A stretch of DNA of 64,000 nucleotides from Felis catus (lineage: Eukaryota): contig NC_058368.1 in assembly GCF_018350175.1 (NCBI RefSeq), forward strand, positions 135,844,001 through 135,908,000, written 5' to 3'. Position 1 is the first letter of the stretch, and each line of letters starts with the position of its first letter. The position numbers and the translations under genes were made by a program. The notes under the pieces are model-generated. The model had not been told where the DNA came from and did not search any database. It saw only the letters and a list, made by a program, of their open reading frames with translations. Of this stretch, positions 51,771 through 64,000 are shown one piece after another.

Positions 51771-54700
51771 ATCTGAAGCGGGCTCCAGGCTGTCAGCAGT
51801 GAGCCTGATGTGGGGCTCCAACTCATGAGCCATGAGATCATGACCTGTGCCAAAGTTGGATGCTTAACTGACTGAGCCACCCAGGCGCCCCTGTTTGGTA
51901 ACCTTTTAAATGGTGGCTCCTTTGGGTGCTTGGCTGGCTCAGTTGGAAGAGCATGTGACTCTTGACGTCAGAGATTGGGTATAGAGATTGGGTTGGGTTG
52001 GGTATAGAGATTGGGTATAGAGATTGGGTATAGAGATTACTATAGAGATCTATAGCTGGGTATAGAGATTACTTAAATAAAATGTAAAAAAAAAAAAAAA
52101 AAGAAAAAAGAGAAGAAAAGAAATGGTGGCTTCTCACGTTGGGCATAGAGATTACTTAAAACGTAAAAAAAAAAGAAAAAAGAAAAGAAAAGAAGAGAAA
52201 AGAAAAGAAAAGAAAAGAAAAGAAATGGTGGCTTCTCTGACAGCCTGGGTCCTAGAGTAAGAAAACTCTGAAGCAGTGCCCTTAGCCAACTCTCTTTAGA
52301 TGTGGAGCGTGAGCAAAAATAAACCACTGGTTTTAGACACCAAGATTTTATTAGGGTTTTGTTACTTCAGCATAACCTAGACTCTGTTCATTGAATCACC
52401 ATGATTGGCTTGGCCACTTTGGACATGGATCTTTTGGTCAGTGTCAAGGAAAGTTTGTGGACATGTCTGTTCAGTAAAGGAGGCAAAAGAAATTAATCTT
52501 GCCAAGTAACGGTTTTATCACTTTTGTGAGTTCTTCCTTAAGGAAAAGGGTGTCAACAGAGTGAGGCCCCTCATCCCATCATTTGTATGGTAGGCAAGGA
52601 AGCCACAGAATCAAAAGATCCCAGTCTGATTTCCAAATTCACTTTTCACCAGTTCTGTGACCTTAATCAAATCACTTAACCTGCTGGGGCTTTATTTCCT
52701 TATCTAGAACATGAGGGTGATAATACTCACCTTTGAAGGGTTGCACATAAAGTGGCTAGCCTTATTCCTGGCACAAAAGAAATATTCATCAGTGGACATT
52801 TACTAAGTGCCCATATTGTCTATATCAGGAGAATTTCAGCTCAATGCAACAACAACAAGCAATTGTGAAGTGGTTTAAATAAAAGGCAATGTTTTATTGC
52901 ACATGACTGGAAATCCAGAGTGGGCTCTAGGCTCTAGGTTTCCTTGGTGGTCCTGGATCTGCCTTATCTGGGTGTAACTTTGATTTTTAGGTTGATTCCT
53001 CTTGTGGTTGTAAAGATGGCCGCCAACAGCAGTGGGGGCAGTGTGTCCAGCTTCCTGTTGATGGGCTGAGATGTGAGTTCCTGAGTCAATCACTGCCAAA
53101 GGGACTAGGATTATCTTTAGCCATTAAGCCACTCCCCAGGAGCTGGGGTGGAGTCAGCGTCTCCGGAAGCCTTTGGCTGCATGGGGAGGATGAATATAAG
53201 ACTAAAATTGACATTCGGTGAGACAGAGGAAACTGGGAGATATTTGGTTATATTCAGTATTCATGCATCAAGCATTGCACTAACTATTGTGGACACAAGG
53301 ACCTCACACTTTGCTATCAGGGCAGGCATCTAAAAGACACAGCCCTATGACGGCATGGATTGGGTCAGAAAGACATATATTTTATATCCCCACTTTATCC
53401 TTTTTTAGCTGTGTAATCTGAAGTAAATTTTTATCATTTATGAAACTGAGTTTTCTTATCTATAAAATGGAGTTAATATTTAACGTGTGATATTGTGTTG
53501 CTTGATAGTACCTTCTATTTCTTTTCTTACAATCTACAAAACGTACGGGAGCACAGAAAGAAAGGAAGTTACCTACCTGCAGCCGCGTTCCGAGTTCCTG
53601 AGTCACAGTTTGACACCAAGCACAGCTTCCAGGGGACAATTGTGGATACTTGGAATAATATCTACTTATTTCTGCTTTTCTTTTTAATTTAAGAGAGAGG
53701 GAGCAAGCATGAGCAGTGGAGAGGGACAGAGGGAGCGAGAGAAAGAATCTCAAGCAGGCTTCATGCTCAGAGCAGAGCCTGACACGGGGCTCGATCTCAC
53801 GACTCTGGGATCATGACCTGAGCCCAAATTCAGAGTTAGACGCTCAACCCACAGAGCCACCCAGTTTCCCCTGTAAGGCTGTATTTGAACTTGACCTGAT
53901 TTCAATAAAAACAGCCAAATTGCTACACTGAAAATTCTTAAAGCTCAAAGCAACTTTGGTTGTTTCAAGTGGTGCTGTGATGACCTAATATTGTGCATAA
54001 CTCCTCTTGTATGGAAAGGAACAAATATTTGATATCCATCTTCATTGTTTGCTGTGGGTTGGTTTCCTGTTATTTTTTTCCCTCTGTCTAGAGGAAGGGA
54101 GTAAAAGAAACTTCCTTGTTAACTTACTACTGTAAGGAACATGTTTGGAAAAAAAATAAGCCCGGAGGGCAAGAGTAGAGTTTCTCATCAAGATTATTAC
54201 CAGCATAATTCAACCTCAATAAACCTAAGGACAGTTTATTGATGCATTGACTGTTGTTCATTTACTCAAAGTAACAAAAGTGCAAAGTACCAGAAAGAGG
54301 CGCCCACTGGGAGTCCAGGCGAGTCAGAAGGCAAGCTCACCCTCAGTCAGTGTGCAGTCTAGAGGATCCACACCCTCCTATAATCCAAGTTAGAAAGGAA
54401 TTTAACACGGAGCAGCCAAAAGATTTGATAAATTGATTTTGGAATATGTGCAAAATTGGGAGAGGCCAACCTTTTTATTTTTTAATTAAAAAAAAAATTT
54501 GGGGGGGGCGGTGCCTGGGCGATCAGTCGGTTAAGCATCTGACTTTGGTTCAGGTCATGACCTGTGGTTTACGAGTCTGAGCCCCATGTTGGGCTCTGTA
54601 CTGACAACTCAGAGCCTGGAGCCTGCTTTGGATTCTGTGTCTCCTTCTCTCTCTCTGCCCCTCCTCTGCTGTGCTCTGTCTGTCTCTTTCTTTCTCAAAA

Positions 54701-54961
54701 ATAAATAAACATTAAAAAATTTAAAAGAAAAAAAATTTTAAGTGTATTTATGTGTTTTGAGAGAGGTGGAGGGGCAGAGAGAGAGGGAGAGAGAGAATCC
54801 CAAGCAGGATCCTGTCAGCACAGAGCCAGACTTGGGGCTGGAACTCACAAACCGTGAGATCATGACCTGAGCTGAAATCAAGAGTCAGACACTTAACCCA
54901 CTGAGCCACCCAGGTGCCCTGATGCCAATTTTTTTTTAAAAAAAGAGGAAAAATTAAAGAA

Positions 54962-54992
<31 letters not shown>

Positions 54993-56624
54993 TTAATAGG
55001 AGAGGGGATTGCTCAGTCTTGAAGCAGTGGCAGTATTTTAATATATGAACCTGAATGCAAAGGTGAAAGGAGAACATTCCAGGTAGAGGAATTAGTGTGA
55101 GCAAAGGGCAAGTCACAGACACACAAGTGGGAAGCACATGGGCAGGCAGGTGAGGAGTTGCAGTGAGTCAGAAAAGAGAGTGTTCTTATCTTTACCACTC
55201 ATACAGCACTTATCTGTCCTTTTTTTTATTATTATTATTTATTTTTATGAGGTACACCTCATCTCCTGGGCTATGTGAGGGAAGAAGGCTATACAGAAGT
55301 ATGCTTTCCTTTCTCCCCACATCCCCCGCCCTCCCTAGTAAATAAACAATCAGCTCATATATTATTCAGGTAAGGGCGTTGGTTGACTTTTTAAAGAAAA
55401 CACAGAAAAAAAACTGTATCATAAAAAATAAACTTTTCTTCCTGTGAGGTCAGTATGCCAATGACGTAGAATGTTTTCCACCTTCTTTTCTTCACACTTG
55501 AAAGTTCTTTTTTTTTTTTTTCTTGATGGCACCAGATAGTGTTGATACGAATACTTGATGATACTAGAAGATAACATTAGGCACCGACTGGTGCAATACT
55601 GGAGTCAGGCAAGAATCAGCAGTGGACCCTGAAAGCCTTCCTTGGATGAAAGGTTGTTGGAGAATAAGACGGCCAAAGCATCACCGCGTGGAATACTTAC
55701 TGATTACAAAGGGAAGGTACCACCTGATTCAAAGTTAGCACCACTCGTTCTGGGACAACTTCATGGCATCAGCCTCCTGATGTGATAGAGAATGCAGTCC
55801 ACAACATCACCCATATAGTATTTGTGCCAGTGGTGTTTCCTCTAAATCTAATAGTTGGCAGCGGGGAGGAGGGATACAAATCCAGATAGTGAGACATTCA
55901 ACAGGACAACCAGATTCTTTTAAAAAATGACAGTGTTGGGGCACCTGGGTGGCTCGGTTGAGCGTCTGACTTCAGCTCAGGTCATGATCTCACGGTTCGT
56001 GAGTTCGAGCCCCGCGTCAGGCTCTGTGCTGACAGCTCAGAGCCTAGAGCCTGCTTCAGATTCTGTGTCTCTCTTTCTCTGCCCCTAACCCACTCGCATT
56101 CTGTCTCTGTCTCTCTCAAAAATAAATAAACATTATAAAAAAATTTTTAAAAATGACAGCGTCAGGGCGCTTGTGTGGCTCAGTCGGTCGAGCATCCGAC
56201 TTTGGCTCAGGTCATGATCTCGCAGCTCGGGAGTTCGAGCCCCGCATCGGGCTCTGTGCTGACAGCTTGGAGCCTGCAGCCTGCTTCAGATTCTGTGCCT
56301 CCCTCTCTCTCTGCCCCAACCCACTCACATTCTGTCTCTGTCTCTCTCAAAAATAAAAAAACATTATAAAAAATTTTTAAAAAAATGACAATGTCATGAA
56401 AGACAAAAATGGTAATGGGACTGTTGAAAAGTTAAGGAGACGTAAGAGACATGACAATGAAAGGCAAGGAATGATCCTTGACTGATTCCTAGATTTAAAA
56501 CAACAACAACAAACCATAAATGACATTTTTGGAACTGGAGCTATGTGGGTATGTCCTACATATTAGGTAGGATTATGTATTAATGTTCATGGGGTAGGGG
56601 TGTCTGTTAATGGTATGGTGGTTG

Positions 56625-57480
56625 TTGTGGTCTGAATGTTTGTGTCCCCCCCAAATTCTTACATTAAAATCCTAGCCAACCTGATGGTATTAGAAGGTGG
56701 GGGCCTTTGGGGAGGTGATTAGGTCATGAGGGCAGTCCCTCTGTGAATGGGAATAGTACCCTTCTTTTTGTGTGTGTGTGTGAAATGAGTCTTTTTAAAA
56801 AAAAAATACATGAAATTTATTGTTAAATTGGTTTCCATACAACACCCAGTGCTCATCCCAAAAGATACCCTCTTCATTACCCATCACCCACTCCTCCCCT
56901 CCCTCCCACCCTCCATCAGCCCTCAGTTTGTTCTCAGTTTTTAAGAGTCTCTTATGCTTTGGCTCTCTCCCACTCTAATCTCTTTTTTTTTTTTCCTTCC
57001 CCTCCCCCATGGGTTCCTGTTAAGTTTCTCAGGATCCACATAAGAGTGAAACCCTATGGTATCTGTCTTTCTCTGTGTGACTTATTTCCCTTAGCATAAC
57101 CCTCTCCAGTTCCGTCCAGGTTGCTACAAAGGGCGATATTTCATTCTTTCTCATGGCCACGTAGTACTCCATTGTGTATATAAACCACAATTTCTTTATC
57201 CATTCATCAGTTGATGGACATTTAGGCTCTTTCCATAATTTGGCTATTGTTGAGAGTGCAGGGAATAGCACCCTTCTAAGAGAGACCCTAGACAGGGATC
57301 TCACCCTCTTCACAACACAAAGAGGAAACTGCTGTCTGCAGCCCAGAAAAGGGTTCTCACCGGAACTTGACCGTGCCGGTACCCTGATCTGACTTGCATG
57401 CTCCAAACTGAGAAATAAATTTCTGTTGTTTATAAACCACCCAGTGGATGATATTCTGCTATAGCAGCACAAACTGACCT
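56625..57480 (+). mobile_element. MLT1A-like MaLR LTR split by an L1 insertion
   Basis: tgtggtctgaatgtttgtgtcccc...ggaggtgattaggtcatgaggg | ...gagaaataaatttctgttgtttataa. Confidence 0.85.
56766..57260 (-). mobile_element. Young 5'-truncated carnivore L1 with 17-bp TSD
   Basis: TSD gggaatag(t/c)acccttct at 56749-56765 and 57261-57277; ORF2 C-terminus KLWKEPKCPSTDEWIKK. Confidence 0.92.
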
Positions 57481-58234
57481 TGGCTGTGTAGGAGAATGTC
57501 TTAGTTCTTAGGAGCACATGCTACAAAGTATGTGCGGTGAAGTGTCACTGTATCTGGAAGTAACTTTTAAATGGCTGAACCAAAAAAAAGTATCAATGAG
57601 TATAAATGATTGAGTTAAAAAATGCCATGTGTAAATTTAGTGTGTGTGCTCACGTTCGCATGTGCCATGGAGAGAGAGAGAGAGAGCACGCGAGAGCGCA
57701 AATGTGAACAATTTTAGCAAGTGGTGAATTTAGGTGAAGGATAGAGTTCACTGTGCTATTTTCTTGGCTTTTCTGTAGGTTTGAATTTTCCAACACAGCA
57801 AGGTAGGAAACAATGAAAACCTATCTTTTCCCCAATCATCAGAAAGACTACATGCTTGATCATTGAGAAATTTTAGAAAACCTGGAAAAAGCATGAAAAA
57901 GAAAGTAATCATGTGATTATTGCAGAAGTTCCCTTACCGTCATCCCTTCTAGGGAAGCATCTTGTACCGCTCAGGCACAGGGGCCAGACTTTCTAATTAA
58001 GATGCACGTAGGAAGATGAACAGGAGTTGTTTACATTTCTCAAGATACTATCAACTGGTTTCAGATCACCCTGGCTCTTTCTCAGGTTTAATCCTGTCTA
58101 TTCAGAAGCTAACACTTCAAAGATAAATAACTCAAGTGTTACCAAAATTATTAAACAACAACAACAACAACAACAACAGGAGAAGGCTTAGGAGGACACT
58201 TAAAACTCCACAGAATTCTAAAACATAAATTCGT

Positions 58235-58910
58235 TACTACGAAATGCCTAAAACCCTCCAAAGCCTTTCCGTTCAGTTAGATGAAAACACACACTCAGGT
58301 GACCTGGCCTCTGAGGGCTGACTTCCACCTTCCTCAGACTTCACCTCCCACGGGCTTCAGGTCCCCTTCTCCTGGCCTCCTGTTCTTTGAATGTCTAAAG
58401 TGGCCCTAGATTTTGCCTTGGGATATTCTTGGCCCAGATCTCTGCACAGCTGGCTCCTTCTCATTAAAGTCTCAGCTCAAATGTTGCCTCTTCGGAGCAG
58501 CCATGGGTGTCCACTCTATTCTAGACAGCTGCCGGCTGCCTCTCCCAGCCCTCTCTGTCTCCTTAGCGTGTTTCACTTCTTTTTTTTTTTTTTTTTTAAT
58601 TAATGAAGTTATTTAAGTAAGCTCTACACCCAACGTGGGTCTCGAATTCACGATCCTAAGATCAAGAGCCACACGCTCCACCGACTCAGCCAGCCAGGCA
58701 CCCCAGGTGCTTTTACTTCAAGTCACTCATCACTATTCGAAAGTATCTTGTTCATTTTCAGCTCAATCGTCTTTGTTGCAAGTGTTCTCCCAACTAAAGT
58801 ATCAGCCTCCGTGAGGGACCCTTTCTTCTCTTGAGTCCATCTTATCTCCAGGGCTCGGAACAGGGTCTGGTGTATAGCCTGGTACCGAGTAAATATTTTT
58901 TGAGTGAATC
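58235..58910 (+). mobile_element. L2 3' fragment with SINE insertion
   Basis: Ends cagggtctggtgtatag...gtaaatattttttgagtgaat. Confidence 0.7.
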
Positions 58911-59447
58911 AATATTCCCTTTCGGGTACAGTTCGCAAATGTGCCACTCAGACCACACCCTGTGTGGGTTAGTGTAAACATTTCAGGAGCTGCACTAAGT
59001 TTCCCTTTGTAGCTCCTGAAGGTTCTCCTAAATCATCTCTAAATTGAAGTCAGAAAAGCTGTCAGGCAGAAGCCCCTGTCACAGATAAAAGAATTGTAAC
59101 TCATAACCAACAAAATGTTAAGAGAAGCTTGTGGTCTGGTAAGAGTATGTCGGTTTCAAACCAACCCTGTTCAAATGATTTTTCTAGGGTTAGGATTCCT
59201 TGTGATAAGTAACAGGATTATTATTAGTACTTTTCAGAGTTTGGGGACATAGAAGGTAAAGAGCCCTATGAAGTTAAAATGACATATAAGAACACAGTAT
59301 TTGCAGTATTTGGTTAATGTTTATTTTTTCCTCTTCCTTTTTATAAAAAATTTTTTAGCTTAAAAAATTCAGGAAGATCAGTTTCTGAAAAACCCTGCAA
59401 GGCCAATTTTCCACTGCAATGGATGACTGCTACAGTTAAAAAAATCA

Positions 59448-59653
59448 GCCCCAAATCTCTTTCTCTGCATCATCCGCATAATTGTGGCAGCATTCTGTCC
59501 CAGATTGAAACCCTCCCTCTCCTTTTCCAGATGATAGTCTCGACTTCCTCTGATCCTGCCCCAAATCTCTGTCTGCATCACCTACATAATTGTGGCAGCA
59601 TTCTGTCCCAGACTGAAACCCTCCCTCTTAGATGATGGTTTCAACTTTGATCC
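59448..59653. repeat. Diverged tandem duplication, period ~110 bp
   Basis: gccccaaatctct...cataattgtggcagcattctgtcccaga...tgatcc begins at 59448 and again at 59558. Confidence 0.95.
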
Positions 59654-59801
59654 CAGGAAGTTCTTTTCTGCTTGTGTTTGAGGAACGTTATTCACAAAAC
59701 AAAACTAATGAAACATAGGTCTCCAACCAACTTTAAAAAATGGCTCTAATCTCTGTTCTTTTATTTATTTATTTTTAAATTTTTTATGTTTATTTATTTT
59801 T

Positions 59802-59839
<38 letters not shown>

Positions 59840-61405
59840 ATGAGCAGGGGAGGGGCAGAGAAAGAGGGAGACACAGAATCCAAAGCAGGCTCCAGGCTTT
59901 GAGCTGTCAGCACAGAGCCCGATGCGGGGCTCGAACTCACAGACACCAAGATCATGACCTGAGCTGAAGTAGGACGCTCAACCGACTGAGCCACCCAGGC
60001 GCCCCAAATCTCTGTTCTTTTAAATAAAATTTTTATTATAACATAAAATTCCCATAGAAAGTGCATCAAACATACATGTACAGTTTAGTAAACTGTTGTA
60101 AAGCTAATAGCCATGTAACCTGCATCCAAGTGAAGAGAACAGAATATTGCCAGCACCCCCGGTACATCTTGCTCTTCTCTTCCACTCTTATTTTCTTTTT
60201 AATTTTTTTTAATGTTTATTTTTGAGACAATGCGAGAGACAGAGTGCAAACTGTGGAGGAGCAGACAGAGGGAGACACAGAATCTGAAGCGGGCTGCAGG
60301 CTCTGAAGTGTGAACCCAGAGCCTGACACGGGGCTCGAACTCACGAACTGTGAGATCATGACCCGAACCGAAGTCGGAGGCTTAACCGACCAAGCCACTC
60401 AGGAGCCCTTTTCCACTCTTATTTTCTTAAGAAAGATGATGATTTCTTTGCTTTTCCTTGTAGTTTTGCCACTAATGCATAGAATCCCCAAGTGATATAG
60501 CTTAGTTTTGCCTGGTTTTGAACTTTATATCAATGGAATCATACTGTATGTTTTTAGTGGGGGTGGGCTTGTTTGTTTTGTTCAATATGTTTGAAAGATT
60601 CACCATGTTATTGGAAGAATCTCTAATTCATTCATTCTCATCCATAACACTCTTTTTTTTTTTTAATGTTTATTTTTGAGAAAGAAACAGCACGAACAGG
60701 GGAGGAGCAGAGAGAGAGGGAGACACAGAATCCAAAGCAGGCTCCAGGCTCTGAGCTGTTAGCACAGAGCCCGACATGGGCCTCGAACTCACAAACCCTG
60801 TGATCATGACCTGAGCTGAAGTTGGATGCTTTACTGACTGAGCCACCCAGGCGCCCCAATAAACACTCCATTTTTTAAGGGTTTGTTTGTTTGTTTGCTT
60901 GCTTTTTATAACAGCACCATGAAATCTTTCTATGGGCGGGGAGTTTAAAGGAGTTTGGGTATTTTTTGGAGAAAAAAGGCAGTCCTGGAGTATAGTGAAA
61001 CTGTTAAGATATTAGTTCTGGGCTTGGATTGCCTGGGTTGAATCCTGACTCGACAACTTCTTAGCAGATATTTTAAGTAAATGAAGAAATCTTTCTGAGC
61101 TTTACTTTTCCCAGAATGAGGGAAACAATAGTACATCCTAAGATTGTTTTAAGGATAAAAAAGTCCGTAACACAGCACAGAGCCTGGCACAGGAATGATG
61201 GGGTTTGCAGTTACTCAAGTTCTACTCGAAGCTCCCTTTCTGGTGCTCCCTCTGTTTAATCTTTGATCCCTCCAGAAGGATCTTGCTTAATACATAGGAA
61301 TTGAGGAGATAGAGTTTTACTCACCAAGTGTCATCATCCTCTCAGAAATTGCCTTCCTGGTGACTTTCCCATGAATTTCTCCATAAATCTGTCCAAGGAA
61401 TCCAC

Positions 61406-61519
61406 CCTCCATGGACTAGGATCCTCCCCATTCCTGATTGGGTGGGGAGCCTAGAGGCTCCCCATTCCTCCATGGACTAGGATCCTCCCCATTCCTGATT
61501 GGGTGGGGAGCCTAGAGGC
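61406..61519. repeat. Perfect 53-bp direct duplication with 8-bp insert
   Basis: 61406-61458 is identical to 61467-61519. Confidence 0.97.
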
Positions 61520-63068
61520 CCTTCAGGCCAGGCCCTCAGCAACTCCTTAGTTGCCCTTGATCAAATACCAATCACTGAATTCATTCACTAAGCAGGCGAG
61601 GCAGAGAAGAAATTTTCTAACCTCCACTCTCTTCTCCTTTGAAACCTAGTATCAGGGATCTAAGCCTTAAAATGCTGTGAAGCAATACGCTGTTTTTATA
61701 GTAACAAGCTATCTGAGAGATGGGCACGGCTCCACAGGCATGTTGGAATGAGGAATCAGGGTTGTATTCATTTGCTCATCCAACACATATTTTTGGAACA
61801 ACCATGTGACCGGGACTGTTTCGGGCAGACAGGATACAGCAATGAGTTGTTAAAACTTTTTTTCAAAGTTTATTTTCATTTATGTTGAGAGAGAGAGAGA
61901 GGGCAAGCAGAGAAGGGGCAAAGAGAGCAGGAGACAGAATCCCAAGGGGGCTTTGTGCCTATGAGTTTGCAAACTGTGAGATCTTGACCTGAGCCCAAAT
62001 CAAGAGTCAGATGCCTAACTGACTGAGCCACCCAGGCTCCCCAGTGACTTGTTGAATTTATCGAGACTCAACATGTGGCCCAGCATATGGACAGTCTTGG
62101 TGAACAGACCATGTACTGCTCAACAATCTTAGGAACAGATAACTATTTACCATCATCCCATCTTTACAGTGGAGAAAAATGAGACTGCTGTAGTTTAATT
62201 TCCCTCAAGGATCAATCTTATCTGGCTGCTATGTGGCAACATTGAGATTTGAACCCAAATTTCTGACACCATATTCTGAGCTCTGAACTTTCTTCTTTAC
62301 ATATAAAAGGGAAGAAAAATAAAATTTAAAAACCTTATCATTCACTTGACTGCACGTAAGATCAACAAACTTATAATCATAGGTCTTCCGAAAATAATAT
62401 TTACTTTGTTTCTGAGTCATGAGAATTTTCATCAAATATGTTCAACAGTGTAACCATAGTCAAAAAGACTGAGTTGTTGGGAAGGAATATTTGATTTAAA
62501 ATATTATTTAATTATTTTTCATTACAATTTTTAATTAATTAAATTAAATTAAATTTAAATTAAATTTAAATTTTATTTTTTATTTTTTTTAATGTTTATT
62601 TATTTCTGAGACAGAGAGAGACAGAGCATGAGTGAAGGAAGGGCAGAGAGAGAGGGAGACACAGAATCAGAAGCAGGCTCCAGGCTCTGAGCTGTCAGCA
62701 CAGAGCCCGACGCGGGGCTCGAACTCACAAACCATGAGATCATGACCTGAGCCGAAGTCGGTCTCTCAACCGACTGAGCCACCCAGGCGCCCCTAAATTT
62801 TATTTTTAATTAAAGCTTTAATACAATTTAGGATTATATAACATGATTACACTGAGCACGGCATCATGAAACATTCAACAATCTATTTTTCTATTGAAGA
62901 ATGATGCATTCAGCTTTTCAGGCTGGCTTTTCTTTCTGAACCTTTTCAACTACTACCTACTATGCACACCATTAGGAAACAGTTAAAAGAACAAAGTTTT
63001 TAGATTTTTCAGTGTTGTAAGCGTTGTTTGGGAAATTAACCTGAATGCCATACAACATTCCCAACATA

Positions 63069-63320
63069 GGGGCGCCTGGGTGGCGCAGTCGGTTAAGCGT
63101 CCGACTTCAGCCAGGTCACGATCTCGCGGTCGCGGTCCGTGAGTTCGAGCCCCGCGTCGGGCTCTGGGCTGATGGCTCGGAGCCTGGAGCCTGTTTCCGA
63201 TTCTGTGTCTCCCTCTCTCTCTGCCCCTCCCCCGTTCATGCTCTGTCCCTCTCTGTCCCAAAAAATAAATAAAAAACGTTGAAAAAAAAAATTAAAAAAA
63301 AAAAAACAAAAAAAACAAAA
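63069..63320 (+). mobile_element. Very young SINEC_Fc-type SINE
   Basis: CpG-rich, long A tail, TSD aacattcccaa, internal tcgcgg duplication. Confidence 0.95.
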
Positions 63321-63347
63321 AACATTCCCAATAGACATTTAGCTTAG

Positions 63348-63431
63348 TATTAAATTGGACCCTATGAAATTGCCATTTTGCAGTTAAAAATGTAGATAAA
63401 ACTCACCAATTTCGTGTAGTTCAATTTAATA
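63348..63431. mobile_element. MADE2-like mariner MITE
   Basis: 84 bp; TIRs tattaaattggaccctatgaaattg / caatttcgtgtagttcaatttaata; TA ends. Confidence 0.8.
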
Positions 63432-63689
63432 AATCTGGTTATTTCATCTGTGTGAGTACAGCAGTACCTAGAATGTAAGCTCCGCTAAGACAGTGATTTT
63501 CAGGTTTTGTTACTACCGTTCACATGGTAGGCCCTCAGGAAATGGTTGTGAATGAATGAATCTGGGAAGCAAATGAAATACGGCAACTAACCTTCCACCC
63601 TCACACATGCCTTTGCGTTCTGTTTAGTGTGGGAGTAAGAAAAGTAGCATTCGATGCATAAGTCTCTTCAAATGATAAAATGCTTAAAC

Positions 63690-64000
63690 ACCTAATTCAC
63701 TCAAGAGAATCGAAAATATGCCCACACAAACACTTGTACATGCATGTTCATAGCAGCATTATGATAATAGCTAAAAAGTAGAAATAAGCCAAATGTCCAT
63801 CAAATGATGAAAGTTTAAACAAAAAGTGGTATATCCATGCAATGGAATAGTATTCAGCCACAAAAAGCAATGGAGTACTGGTAGGTACCACAACACGAAT
63901 AAACCTTGAAAACATTATGCTAAGAAGCCAGACACAGAAGGCCACGTATCGTATTACCCACTCATATAAAATGTCCAGAATGGGTCATCAATAGAGACAG
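63690..64000 (+). mobile_element. L1MB-type 3' fragment
   Basis: cccacacaaacacttgtaca...aaatgtccatcaaatgatgaa...aaaacattatgctaagaagccagac. Confidence 0.85.

Noticed and set aside
1100..63338. Dozens of similar 60-130 aa ORFs (MAQSVKRPTSAQVMIS...)
   Set aside because: They are translations of CAN-SINE copies, not a gene family or array.
1..64000. CRISPR array, tRNA/rRNA genes, NUMT or processed pseudogene
   Set aside because: No repeat-spacer array; tRNA-like boxes belong to SINE heads; no mitochondrial or retrocopy similarity recognised by eye.

Overview
Mammalian genomic DNA, not prokaryotic. The dense tRNA-derived CAN-SINEs of felid SINEC_Fc type point to a cat-family genome. The window holds the last two coding exons and 3'UTR of RAD17 (+), followed within a few hundred bp by the CpG-island promoter and the complete MARVELD2 (tricellulin) gene (+). 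Its six coding exons join into an intact 1680-nt CDS (559 aa). The remaining ~32 kb is repeat-rich and non-coding; by known mammalian synteny it leads towards OCLN, which is not in the window. There are many dozens of CAN-SINEs plus L1, L2, MIR, MaLR/ERV LTRs and DNA-transposon fossils; only representative copies are listed, with approximate ends. Nearly all short ORFs in the track are repeat artefacts. I found no convincing new multi-gene system. The most notable items are: a CpG-retaining, palindrome-rich segment at ~48.4-49.2 kb that I cannot assign; a perfect 53-bp duplication with a fold-back/template-switch junction at 61.4 kb; the very tight RAD17 3' end / MARVELD2 promoter junction; and candidate GRHL/FOXA epithelial enhancers. 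Repeat-family names and ortholog comparisons are from memory and counts are by hand.
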